Below, one piece after another: positions 28,042 through 39,371 of a stretch of 64,000 nucleotides of DNA (position 1 is the first letter of the stretch; the number at the start of each line of letters is the position of its first letter). The position numbers were made by a program, and so were the translations under genes. Under the pieces are notes generated by a model. That model searched no databases. It was not told the origin of the DNA and was given only the letters and a program-made list of their open reading frames with translations. Where the stretch lies: the NCBI GenBank assembly GCA_963766685.1, contig CAVYBJ010000012.1:17500-81499 (forward strand). Reading direction: 5' to 3'. Source of the DNA: an uncultured Chloroflexia bacterium (GTDB lineage Bacteria > Chloroflexota > Limnocylindria > Limnocylindrales > CSP1-4).

Positions 28042-30682
28042 GTGTCGATGCCTGATCGCCGCCTGACCGTGCGCCTCCCGCTCCTGGCGCTCGGGCTCTC
28101 GCTCCTCCTGCTCACCGACCTGCCGGCCGCCTGGTCCGGGGGGACGCTGGCGGCTGCCCAGGACGGCGACGTCGCGTCGCTCCTCGAGCATGGCGGCCAG
28201 GAGAACAGCGCGATGGCGTGCACGTCCGGCTTCGGCGACACCGATTCGAAGGTCGCCCTGGCCCTGCACGGCGTGGCGCTCACGGGCCGCGGGGCCCTGG
28301 CGGTCGGCTTCAGCCGGGCCGGCGAGGACGACGATTTCGGCCAGCGGCGGCCAGCATCCGTCTTCAACGAGGACGGCGCCTGGACCCGCGTGGCCGCCTC
28401 CAGCCCCGGCGCGGAGGACGGCCTCGTGGCCGTCACGGCGGCGAACGAAGGCACGGCCTGGGCGGTCGGCTTCACGACCATCTCCGGGCAGACGATGCCG
28501 CTGGCGATGCGCTGGAACGGGCACGCCTGGGGCCTCGACCGGCCCCGCCCGAACACGACGCTGGCCTCGCTCTTCACGGACGTCGCCATGTCCGGCGAGA
28601 ACCCGCTCGCGGTGGGCTACCGCATGACCGCCAACGGGGGCACGCAGCCCATCGCCGCCCGGCGCGACCGGAGGCGCTGGGTGTACGTCAGCCCGCGGAC
28701 CGGCAAGCGTGAATCGGTCAGCCTCACCGGCGTCGCACCGGACGGACGCGGCGGCCTCTGGGTGGTGGGGCACGGCGGCCCGGGCACGGAGATCCGCCCG
28801 GTCATCTACCGGCGCGACGACGCCCGCTGGACGCGCCTCAGGACCCCCGGTCTGCGCGGGGAGGCCGTCCTGGCCGACGTCGTGGCCAACGGTGCCGACG
28901 AGGCCTGGGCCGTGGGCTACCAGAACGACGGCGGCACGACCGCGCCACTCGTGCTCCGCTGGGACGGCCGCTCGTGGACGCAGGCGGAGGCTCCCGACTT
29001 CGGCTCCCCGGAGGTGGTGCTGACGGCCGTGGCGGCGCCCCTGTCCGGCGGCATCTGGGTCGTCGGCGCGGCCTGGGACTCGGCACTCGTCGAGCCACGA
29101 GGCGGTCGCCGCCTGGTGGGACGGGCAGGCCTGGAACGAGGTCGCCGGGCCTGAGGGCGGCACGGAACTGCACGACGTGGTGGGCTCGCTCGACACGAAC
29201 GGCTGGGCCGTCGGTCGGTCGGGCCTGCGATCGAGCGTCGCCCGCGTCTGCCTGCCCGCCCAGTCGGGCATCTTCGGGGGCAGCGAGCCGAGCCCCGAGC
29301 CACCCCCCGCCGACGAGCTCGCGAGCGGTGACACCGGCGAGGCCACCGGCGCCCTGACCGGCGAGGCCACCAGTGCCCGAGCCGGGACGGGGGCCGGAGC
29401 CACGCCCGACGAGGAGGCCTCCGCGGCCGCCACGACGACGCTGAACGCCCGCCGCGGGAACCGGGATCGGGGGCGGGCACGGGCCAAGGCCCGGCCGGAG
29501 CGCCGGCGCGGGACGACCGGGCTGCCGACCGCCCAGCCGGACGCTCGGCTCGTGGCACGCGACATGGCGCAGGAGGCCGGCATCGCCGAGCTGACGGCGA
29601 CCTACGGTGGCGTCGTGGCCGACTTCGACGCCGACGGTGCGGACGACCTCTTCATCGGCCGGCACGGCCGGGGTGGCCGACTCGTGCTGGCCCGGGACGG
29701 CGGCTTCGTCGATCACCCGGAGCTGGCCCAGCCGGACATCGACCGCCACGGCTGCACCGCGGCCGACGTGGACGGCAGCGGGCTGCCGGACCTCTACTGC
29801 GCCGTCGGCGGCAAGCGCGGCTCCGGCCTCAAGTCCAACGAGCTGTGGCTCGACCCGGGCGGCCCGGCTCCCGTGCAGGTGGCCGTGGAGCACGGGCTCT
29901 CCGATCCGACCGGTCGCGGCCGACGGGCCGTGTTCCTGGAGAGCGACGACAGCGACACGGTGGACCTCGTGGTCACCAACTCGCCGACCCGGGTCGACGG
30001 GCTGCCGTCCGTGGGCCGGCTCCTGCGGACCCAGGGCGACGGCATGTTCGTGGCACGGCCGCGGGTCGGCTTCGCGGCCCGCCTGGGCTCGCTGACGGTG
30101 CAGGACGCCGACTACGACGGAGACGGCCGGGAGGACCTGCTGCTCGTCACGGGCGGGCTGCAGGCGCCGCGCCAGGAGGGCTCGCGCCTCTACCGCAACA
30201 CGCCACGCGGCCTCGTCGACGTGACCCGCCAGGTGGGCCTGCGCTCCATCGGCGAGGTGGACGCGGAGCTCGTGGACCTCGATGGCGACGCCAAGCTGGA
30301 CCTCGTGCAGCTGTCACCCACGCGGCTGCGGGTCAGCCACCTGAGCGGCGGCCGCTTCCGGACCGTCTACGAGCGCCGCCTGACCTACGGGCGCGCCATC
30401 AGCGGCGGCGACGTGAACGGCGACGGCCGGGACGACCTCTACGTGGTGCGCGCCAACGGCGACCGCAACATCGACGACGTCATGCTCGTCAACCGCGACG
30501 GCGGCAGCGCGTGGTCATCGCTGGCCATCCCGCAGGCCGCCACCGGCCGCGGAGACGATGCGCTGGCCATCGACTACGACGGCAACGGGCTGGAGGACTT
30601 CGTGGTCCTCAACGGCAACAACGCACGCGGGCCCATCCAGCTCATCGCCTTCTTCGAGCAGCCGGCCGTCACCGGCCCCTGA
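28042..30682 (+). CDS. Secreted double-propeller protein, paralogue 2 (same architecture), about 1 frameshift
   Basis: Signal peptide LTVRLPLLALGLSLLLLTDLPAAWSG. Repeats LAMRWNGHAWG, LVLRWDGRSWT, WWDGQAWNE (frame switch ~29095). An acidic then Arg-rich linker precedes FG-GAP repeats DFDADGADD, DVDGSGLPD, DYDGDGRED, DLDGDAKLD, DVNGDGRDD, DYDGNGLED. Confidence 0.8.
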
Positions 30683-30710
30683 AGGAGCGTCCGTCCCCCA
30701 GGACCGCCGG

Positions 30711-31560
30711 TCAGACCGCGGCGGGGGCCGGGGCGCGCCGATGGCGCCAGGCCACCGTGGCGACGCCGGTGGCGATGAGGACGATGCCGATGAGCACGGC
30801 CGTGGGCACGCCCAGGATGGTCCAGTTCCAGCCCTCGCGGAACGACTCGAGGACGAGGCGAACCGAGCCGTACCAGATCGATCCAGAACGAGGCCAGGTC
30901 GCCGTCCCGCAGGTGCCCGCCGAAGCGGCGCGAGAGCAGGAGGGCGATGAGGCCGCCGCTGATGGTCAGGACCGACTCGTAGAGGAAGAGCGGGTGGAAG
31001 CCCGTCGTGCCGGGCGCCGGCACGTCCGCGTGCGGGTAGGCGGGCGAGCAGGGGTAGGCCTCGACACGGTGCGCACAGTCGATGGCGATGGCCCAGGGCA
31101 GGTCGGTCGGCGGTCCGTAGAGCTCCTGGTTGAAGAAGTTGCCCCAGCGCGCGATGCCCTGTGCCAGCAGCGTGCCGGGCACCACGATGTCCAGCGCCCG
31201 CCAGAACGGGATGTCTCGCCCGCGCAGGAAGACCCAGATGCCGATCGTCGCGCCGATGATGCCGCCGTAGAGGCCGAGGCCGGCGTAGGGTGGCAGGACG
31301 GCCCGCAGCGGGTCGTCCGCGTAGAGGTGCCAGTCGTCGATGACGTGGTAGAGGCGGGCGCCCACGATGGCGAAGATGGCCACGACGATGATGGCGCTGG
31401 TCACCAGGCCGGGGTCGATGCCCTTGCGCCGGGCCTCCGACTGGCTGACGAGGATCATCACGGCGACCGCGACGACGAAGCTGACGCCGTAGAGGCCGAT
31501 GGTCAGGGGGCCGACCGGGATGCCGGATGGCGGGATGACGTCGATGAGCGCGGTCGGCAC
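30711..31560 (-). CDS. lgt: Prolipoprotein diacylglyceryl transferase, one frameshift
   Basis: GTG 31560. GLYGVSFVVAV..., YGGIIGA, GIARWGNFFNQELYG, HPLFLYES. After a switch at ~30870 the tail reads WYGSVRLVLESFREGWNWTILGVPTAVLIGIVLIATGVATVAW...*. Confidence 0.85.
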
Positions 31561-31650
31561 CCGGGCAGGATAGCCGAGGCCAGCGCAGGCTCGGGCGGCC
31601 GCGCCGCCCGCCGCAGGCCCGCGCAGGCTCGGGCGCGATATGCTGCCCCC

Positions 31651-32136
31651 ATGATCGAGGCGTGGGTCCTGTGGGTCTTCCTCGTCGGCCTGGTGGCCGG
31701 CGGGGTGGTCACGGGGCTGCTGCTGGTGCGGCTGCCACGCGCGGAGGATGACGTGGGCGCGGCGGAGCGCCCCGCGGAAGCCGCCTGGATCGGCGCCGTC
31801 ATCGAGCGCGGCGGCGGCGTGGCGCCGGCCTCCCTCGTGGAGGAGGTGCTGGACCTGCACCAGGTCTACCTGCGCGATGCGCGACGAGCGCAGGCGCCCG
31901 TGCCGTCCAGCAGCGCCGGGTGGGCGCCGTCTCCCTGGCAGGGCGGCTACGGCCTGCCGCCGGCGGCTGCCCCGGGGTCGCCGGCGAGCCCATACGCGCC
32001 GCCACCGGGTGGCCCAGGCCCCTCGATGGGCCCGGCCGGGCCGTCCTTCGGCGCACCCGGGCAGCGACCCGGCGTCCCGGGCGGGCCGACGCTCAGCCCG
32101 CCTCCACCGGGTCCGCCCCCGGCCCCGCGTCGCTGA
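31651..32136 (+). CDS. Hypothetical single-TM protein with a Pro/Gly-rich C-terminal tail
   Basis: ATG 31651 gives MIEAWVLWVFLVGLVAGGVVTGLLLV..., ending in PPPGGPGPSMGPAGPSFGAPGQRPGVPGGPTLSPPPPGPPPAP. Only the last 161 codons of ORF 29845..32136 look genuine. Confidence 0.45.
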   Translation: MIEAWVLWVFLVGLVAGGVVTGLLLVRLPRAEDDVGAAERPAEAAWIGAVIERGGGVAPASLVEEVLDLHQVYLRDARRAQAPVPSSSAGWAPSPWQGGYGLPPAAAPGSPASPYAPPPGGPGPSMGPAGPSFGAPGQRPGVPGGPTLSPPPPGPPPAPRR

Positions 32137-32478
32137 CGGCCCAGCCCGGCAGGTGCTCGGGGGGCCGCCCGAGGGTGCCCGCCGCGAGGTGTGCCTCGAG
32201 GCAGGTCACGCCATGCGGGCCGACATCGGCCGCGTGCAGCGTGCCGGCCGGCAGGTCCAGCCGGTCGCCGGCGGCGAGGAGCACGTCCCGGCCGATCTCA
32301 GGCAGGTGGAAGGTGATGGCGCCGGCAGCCGCGACGAGCACCTTGTCGTAGCCGTGGCGGTGCGCGGCATAGCGGTCGAAGGGAGCGTTGCCCCAGGCAG
32401 AGGCAGCCAGGCCCTCGGCCGCCAGGCGCGCCCGATCTCGCGCTCGTTCAGCACGTCGCGATGGCTGGCATCATCCAA
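32093..32478 (-). CDS. Small cupin-domain protein, frameshifted
   Basis: Pieces from ORFs 32206..32478 and 32093..32341 plus a third frame give ...ARLAAEGLAASAWGNAPFDRYAAHRHGYDKVLVAAAGAITFHLPEIGRDVLLAAGDRLDLPAGTLHAADVGPHGVTCLEAH. Confidence 0.55.
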
Positions 32479-32726
32479 CGGCGCCGCTCACGCCGATGAT
32501 CCTGCCACGACAGACGTCACCAGTGCGACCGCATCGTTGCTGGCGGTGGCCCGGCAGGCATCGGCGCGCACGGGACCCGCTCCAGCGCCGCCACCCCCTG
32601 AGAGGCACCGGCGTCGCGCTCCGCCTTCAGGTCGGCCTGCCAGCGGGCCAGCATGGGCGGGTCGGCAAGAGGGCGGGCGGTCACCCGTCCATCCTATCGA
32701 CCAGCGAGCCGCCTAGAATCGCAGGC

Positions 32727-33765
32727 ATGCACGCGAACCCCCTGCGCTACCTGTCAGCCGCTGACGTCCTCGCCGCTCTGCCCGACGTCGAGGAGCGGCT
32801 GCGGCTCGCCGAGCGGACCATGCTGGGGCTGGGGGCGGGAGCCCAGCTGCCCCCCAAGATCGGCGTCCAGCCCGGCCCGGCCGACTCCTTCGCCCACGCC
32901 ATGCCCGCCTGGCTGCCAGGCTCCGCGGGCTGACGGGTCGGACGACCTGCTGGGCATGAAGTGGGTCGTGGGCTTCCCCGAGAACGTCGCCGCCGGGCTG
33001 CCGGCCATCCACGGCCTGACCGTCCTGAGCGACGGACGCACCGGGCAGCCGCGGGCCATCGTGGATGCCGGTGCCCTCACGGCGCAGCGCACGGCCGCCA
33101 TCAGCGGGCTGGCCATCCGGCACTGGGGGCCGCCGGCGGGGAGCGCACCGCGGGTGGCGATCGTCGGGGCCGGCGCCCAGGCCCGCAGCCATCTGCCCGT
33201 GGTCGCGCATCTGCTGCCGGACGCCCAGGTCGTGCTCCACGACCAGGACCGGGCGCGGGCGGCCGCGCTGGCGCGTGACCTGGAGCGCGGCGCGGAGGGC
33301 GAGCCGGGGCGTGGGGCGGTGGGCTCGGCAGCGGGCCTCGGCCAGGTCGGCGCGGTGCGCGTCGCGGACGACCCGGTCGAGGCGCTCCGCGGCGCGGACG
33401 TGGTGCTGACGATGGTCTCCTTCGGCCCGCGGCACCAGGCGATGCCAGCGGAGGCCTTCGGGTCGGCCGGACTGGTGGTCGCGGTCGACTACGACATGTG
33501 CGTGCCGGCCAGCCTGGCGCGGAGCGCCGACCTCTTCCTCGTCGACCACCGCGAGCAGTACCTGGCCAACATCACGGAGACCACGTTCGCCGGCTACCCG
33601 GAGGACCCGCAGACCATCGGCGAGGCCATCCGCGGAGCCGTGGCCAGGCCCGCCGGCCGCGTCGTCGTGGCGCATCTCGGGGTCGGGCTGGCCGACCTCG
33701 TCTTCGCCGACGCGGTGCTGCGCTCGGCCGAGACGCGCGGTGTCGGCACCATCCTGTCGCGCTGA
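32727..33765 (+). CDS. Ornithine cyclodeaminase / mu-crystallin family protein, one frameshift
   Basis: ATG 32727 gives MHANPLRYLSAADVLAALPDVEERLRLAERTM... The frame switches at ~32925 into ORF 32653..33765 (MKWVVGFPEN, ALTAQRTAAISGLA, VAIVGAGAQARSH Rossmann motif). Confidence 0.8.
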
Positions 33766-33778
33766 CCGAGCCGCGAGA

Positions 33779-33827
33779 GAGCCACCCGCGCGAGCGAGCC
33801 ACCCCGATCCGCGACTCGAGCCACCCC
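33779..33827. repeat. Three copies of GAGCCACCC(C) within 49 bp in a convergent spacer
   Basis: Copies at 33779, 33796 and 33818, read directly. They lie between the OCD-family stop (33765) and the Rieske stop (33850). Confidence 0.5.
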
Positions 33828-33849
33828 GAGCCGGCGGCGGCCTCCGAGC

Positions 33850-34200
33850 CTACTCGTTGACCGGGATCTCCCCGTCCGGCAGTTCCAGCACGATGTCCGC
33901 GCCCTCCACGAAGACCGGATAGGTCACCAGCGGCAGGTCGGCTGGTGGATCGAGCGGCTCTCCGTCCGTGAGGTCGAAGCGGGAGAGGTGCAGGGCGCAG
34001 GTCACGGAGCCGTCGGACAGGAAGCCCTGGTCGAGCTCGAAGTACTCGTGGGAGCAGGTGCCCTGCAGCGCGTACAGGCCGTCCTGGTTGACGAGGAGGA
34101 TGTTCGTGCCCTCGACCTGCACCATGAGCATGGTGCCCTCCTCGAGGTCGGTGGTGCGTGCGACCGCGAGGCGGCGCACCGGGCGTATCTCGGGTTCCAT
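33850..34200 (-). CDS. Rieske [2Fe-2S] ferredoxin-like protein (suf-associated type)
   Basis: Intact 116-aa ORF. CSHEYFELD ... CALHLSRFD gives the CxH...CxxH Rieske ligands. Confidence 0.85.
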   Translation of the reverse strand: MEPEIRPVRRLAVARTTDLEEGTMLMVQVEGTNILLVNQDGLYALQGTCSHEYFELDQGFLSDGSVTCALHLSRFDLTDGEPLDPPADLPLVTYPVFVEGADIVLELPDGEIPVNE

Positions 34201-34283
34201 CGGCGTAATGGTAGCGGCCGGCGCGAGATGCGCCGGCCGTTCACGGGATCGGGTCGGGCCCGCCCGGACCCTTCAGCCTTCGA

Positions 34284-34980
34284 TCAGGCGGCTGCCGTGC
34301 CCGAGGGTCCGCCCCGGTTGACGCCCGGGTTCATGTACTGCTCCTCGGTGATGGCGGCCGAGAGGGTCGCCACCGTGCGGGTCTGGTAGATGGCTCCCGC
34401 GAAGGCCAGGGCGATGGCCGCGATGAGCCAGATGATGCCCAGGTCGTCCGTCTGGTAGACGCCCCAGATGCCACTCTCGAGGCCCGTCTCCTTGACCAGT
34501 CCCAGGGCCACGATGACGCCGGCCACCGCGGCTCCCGCGCCAGCCGATGGCGGTGGCCACGATGACCAGCACGGCCGGCATGTGCAGGAGGAAGAAGCCG
34601 ACCGCGAAGATGGCACCCACGATGAGCGCCAGGATGAAGGCGATGAAGCCGTCGAAGTCAGGGCTGATCCACTGCAGGACGCCGAGCGTCAGCTGGTACC
34701 CCAGCGCCCCTCCCAGGAGGATGACCGCGATCCAGTAGTAGAGGTACGAGAGGACCGCGAAGAGGAGGCCCAGCAGGAAGCCGACGACCCAGCCGGTCGC
34801 AGTCGCCAGGAAGGCGTCCCCGAAGAGGGCCGTCATGGCGTTGGCGCCCAGCAGGAAGCCGGCGAAGAAGCCCCAGATGGGCAGCAGGACGAGGAAGACC
34901 CTGAAGCCGTAGAAGCAGAAGGCCAGCCCGATGGCGAGGGCCAGGAGGCCGAGAAGGATCCCGTTGATCGTGATGTCCAT
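34284..34980 (-). CDS. DUF4203-like polytopic membrane protein, one frameshift
   Basis: ATG 34980 gives MDITINGILLGLLALAIGLAFCFYGFRVFLVLLPIWGFFAGFLLG... The frame switches at ~34560 into ORF 34284..34616 (...GAAVAGVIVALGLVKETGLESGIWGVYQTDDLGIIWLIAAIALAFAGAIY). Confidence 0.6.
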
Positions 34981-35033
34981 GGAGTCGCTCCCGCTCGTGG
35001 CGTGCATGGGCACGCTGCATGGTAGGTAAGCCT

Positions 35034-35069
35034 AGCGCGCCACGTGCGCGCTGTGCGCATCGAATGCGC
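35034..35069. promoter_or_regulatory. Two adjacent palindromes (AGCGCGC-N5-GCGCGCT and GCGCAT-CGA-ATGCGC) with 3x GTGCGC
   Basis: Read directly. They lie in the 150-bp spacer after the sufD stop (35131) and before the DUF4203 start (34980). Confidence 0.35.
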
Positions 35070-35130
35070 TCCGTGCGCCTCAAGCCTCGATAGTCAAGAC
35101 TCAGCGGGACTGGACGTCATCGGCCGGATT

Positions 35131-36480
35131 CTAGGCCGCTGTCAAGCGTGCTGCACCCTCCGGCCACTTGCGCTCGAGCAGGCCGCGCAGGCGATCCTGC
35201 GCCTCCGGCAGCGGGATGCGCGCCACCACGGGCTCCAGGAAGCCCAGCACGATGGCCTTGCGGGCCTCGTCGCGCGAGAGGCCCCGGCTCATGAGGTAGA
35301 AGACCTGGGTCTCGTCGATGGGGCCCACCGACGACGAGTGCATGGCCCGCCGCACGTCAGGCTGGTCGATCTCCAGGCTCGGGATCGTGACCGACCGCGC
35401 AGAGCGCTGCAGCAGCATGCTGAACTCGCCCAGGAACGTATCCGTGCCGCGGGCGCTGCGAGCGATGTCGATGAGGCCCTTGAAGTAGCCGCGTGAGGCG
35501 CCCGTGAAGACGCCCTTGCTGAGCAGGTCGCTGGTGGTGTCCTCACCCCGGTGCCGCGTATAGCTGGTGAGGTCGAAGAGCTGCTTGCCGTCTCCGAAGC
35601 CGATCTCGGCCTGGCTGACGCTGGCACCACGGCCGATGAGCAGGTTCTCGATGCGGCTGCGGTAGAGGCGGCCTCCGACGCTGGCCACGGCCCAGTCCAT
35701 CGTGGCGTCCGCGCCGACACGCGCCTGGCGTGAGACGAAGGCCGCCGTCGCGGGCCCGAAGTCCTGCTCGCCGGCGAAGCGCAGCGTGGCGCCCTGGCCG
35801 AGGTCCACCTCGGTGGTGCCCCACCAGGCGGCGTCCGCCTTGCTGCCGACCTCGCGGCTGGCCGACTCCGACGGCAGTTGCTCCTCGAAGAGGGTGGCAT
35901 GGGCATCACGACCCAGCATCACCACGGTCCGGCTGACGAGGCCGAAGCCGGGCGCACCGCTGCTCCAGCGCAGCACGATGGGCTGCCCGATGCTCACGCC
36001 GTCCGGGACGTGGATGAAGATGCCCAGCGACGAGAGTGCCCGGGCGACCTGGCCGAAGGCGTCGTCGCTCGGGCAGCGAAGCGCCGCCCTCGAGGAATGG
36101 GCGCAGCAGGTCCGACCGCTGCCGTGCCGCCTCGGCGAGGGTGCTGATGACGAGGCCAGCCTGCCGAGCCGCGTCCGAGACGAGGCAGCTGACCATGGCG
36201 CGCTCGTCCACGTGGATGAGCGCCGCGGCACCTTCGGGCAGCCCCGCCGCGGCCAGGTCGGCGGCAGCCGGCGTGGGCGGGTAGGGCTCCACGGCCGAGA
36301 AGTCCACGGCCCGCAGGTCCAGGTAGGTGATGAAGAGCTGGTTGGGCTCGGCCGGCAGCGCGTCCAGCGCTTCCAGCGCGGCGAGCCGGTCGGCCAGCAG
36401 CCAGTCGGGCTCCCCCAGTGCGCTCGAGGTGCCGCGGACGTGGGTCGACGTGGCCCAGGACAGCTTCAGCGGCGCGACGC

Positions 36481-36484
<4 letters not shown>
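35131..36484 (-). CDS. sufD: Fe-S cluster assembly protein SufD, one frameshift
   Basis: The N-terminus is in ORF 35906..36484. After a switch at ~36075 it continues in ORF 35131..36231 (...TRHRGEDTTSDLLSKGVF...IPSLEIDQPDVRRAMHSSSVGPIDETQVFYLMSRGLSRDEARKAIVLGF). Its start overlaps the sufB stop. Confidence 0.85.
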
Positions 36485-37883
<1,399 letters not shown>

Positions 37884-37972
37884 GGCGATCTCCTGGAGTT
37901 GGAGGCCTGTCTCGTTCGGGTGGAGGACCTTCCGCGGGGGGCCGCGGTCAATCCTGACCTATCTTATCGGAA

Positions 37973-39320
37973 TTAGCCGCCGGAGCCAAGACCGGAGCCA
38001 TGGCCGACGCCAGGGCTGGGGACAGGGCTGGTCCCCTGGAGCGCGTCGAAGAAGCCCCGCACGGGGCCGACCGCGACGTCGATGGGGGCATCGCCGGCCA
38101 CCGTCAGGGAGGTCGGCGTGACGCGAGGCGTCGGTCAGGCGACGGCAGGCGTCATCGACGGTGGCCCGGCTGACGTCCTCACCGTCGATGGCCAGGATCG
38201 GCGCGTCGAGCTCGATGCCCGTCGTGCCGGGCGCACCCTCGACGACCGAGCCGACCACGAAGCCATCGTGCCAGGTCGGCGAGACGGAGAGGGGGACCTC
38301 CGGCCCCGGGTCGTCGGAGACCGGGTCCAGGTAGAGCGCGTCGGCCGTCCAGTCGATGGTGACCACGAAGTCGTCCAGGAAGGCGTTGCCCATGATGCCC
38401 TGGCCTTCCGACAGCGCGGTGGTGGTCGCCAGCGGGACGGCGGCCAGCTGGCGTTCACCCAGGACCATGTCGGCCGCGGCCCAGGTGAGCCGCGTGGCGA
38501 TGCGACCGCCGGCCGTGGACGCCAGGGTGGCGATCGACGGGCGCACCAGCCGCGAGCTCGACACCGGTGCGCGCGAGGTCGGCCGGGTGGACGGTCAGCC
38601 AGCCGTCCGACCCGGTGTCCACCAGGAAGGTCAGCGACCCATCGCCGGCGGGGAGGGACACGAGCGGCGAGGGCGAGGCTTCCGACGATGGCGTGAAGTC
38701 GAGCCGGATGGCCGCATCGACGTGGTCGAGCCCGTCCACGCTGGGCGCGATGGTCAGGCGCTGTGCCCCGTAGTCGAGCTGCCAGACCGCGTCGTGCATC
38801 AGGCTCGCGCCGATGATGCCCGCATCGGCCAGGCACCAGAGCGGGTCGCCCCGATCGACGCTGGCCTCCACGGCGCCCACGTCCCGGAACTCGGCCGCCC
38901 CGATGCGCACGCGGCGCAGCGGGACGACCGGGCTGCTGGTGACCTGGCCGTCGATGGTCAGGGTGCTGACGGTGCCGGACGGATCGCCGGCGTGCACGGC
39001 CGCCAGCGATTCAGCGATGGCCGTCGGCGCGCCGCTATCGAGCAGCATGGGCCGCGGTGTCTCATCGTCACCGAGGCGGACGTCCACGGCGACCTGCCCG
39101 GCCACGTAGCGGAGGGGCACGGTGACCGGCAAGCGACCCTGCCGCCACGCTGCCGGCGCGCAGGGTGGCCAGCCCCGCGTCCTGCTCACCGCGGGCGGAG
39201 AGCAGCAGGGCTGCGATCACGCGCCGCGGCCAGGGCGATGATGGCCAGCGGCACCAGCCGCGAACTCGACCAGCGGCCGTCAGCCTCGGACGGCGCCTCG
39301 TCGTCGGCCGCAGGCTCCAC
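37973..39320 (-). CDS. Membrane-anchored protein with two retropepsin-like aspartyl-protease domains plus a C-terminal PDZ domain, several frameshifts
   Basis: TM LVPLAIIALAAA..VIAALLL. First domain LLDSGAPTAIA, second FLVDTGSDGWL, with IMGNAFLDDFVVTIDW. PDZ-like GFVVGSVVEGAPGTTGIELDAPILAIDGEDV. In a third frame the tail reads LTVAGDAPIDVAVGPVRGFFDAL...GSGG* (TAA 37973). The start (GTG 39320 or 39340) is uncertain. Confidence 0.6.
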
Positions 39321-39371
39321 GGGCCCAGCGGCGGCGGCACGGGTCGGACGGTCGCGGCCGCCCTGGGTCGC

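Noticed and set aside
29845-32136. 763-aa + strand ORF
   Set aside because: It runs out of frame through the paralogue 2 C-terminus and antisense to lgt. Only the final 161 codons (31651..32136) look like a real small membrane protein.
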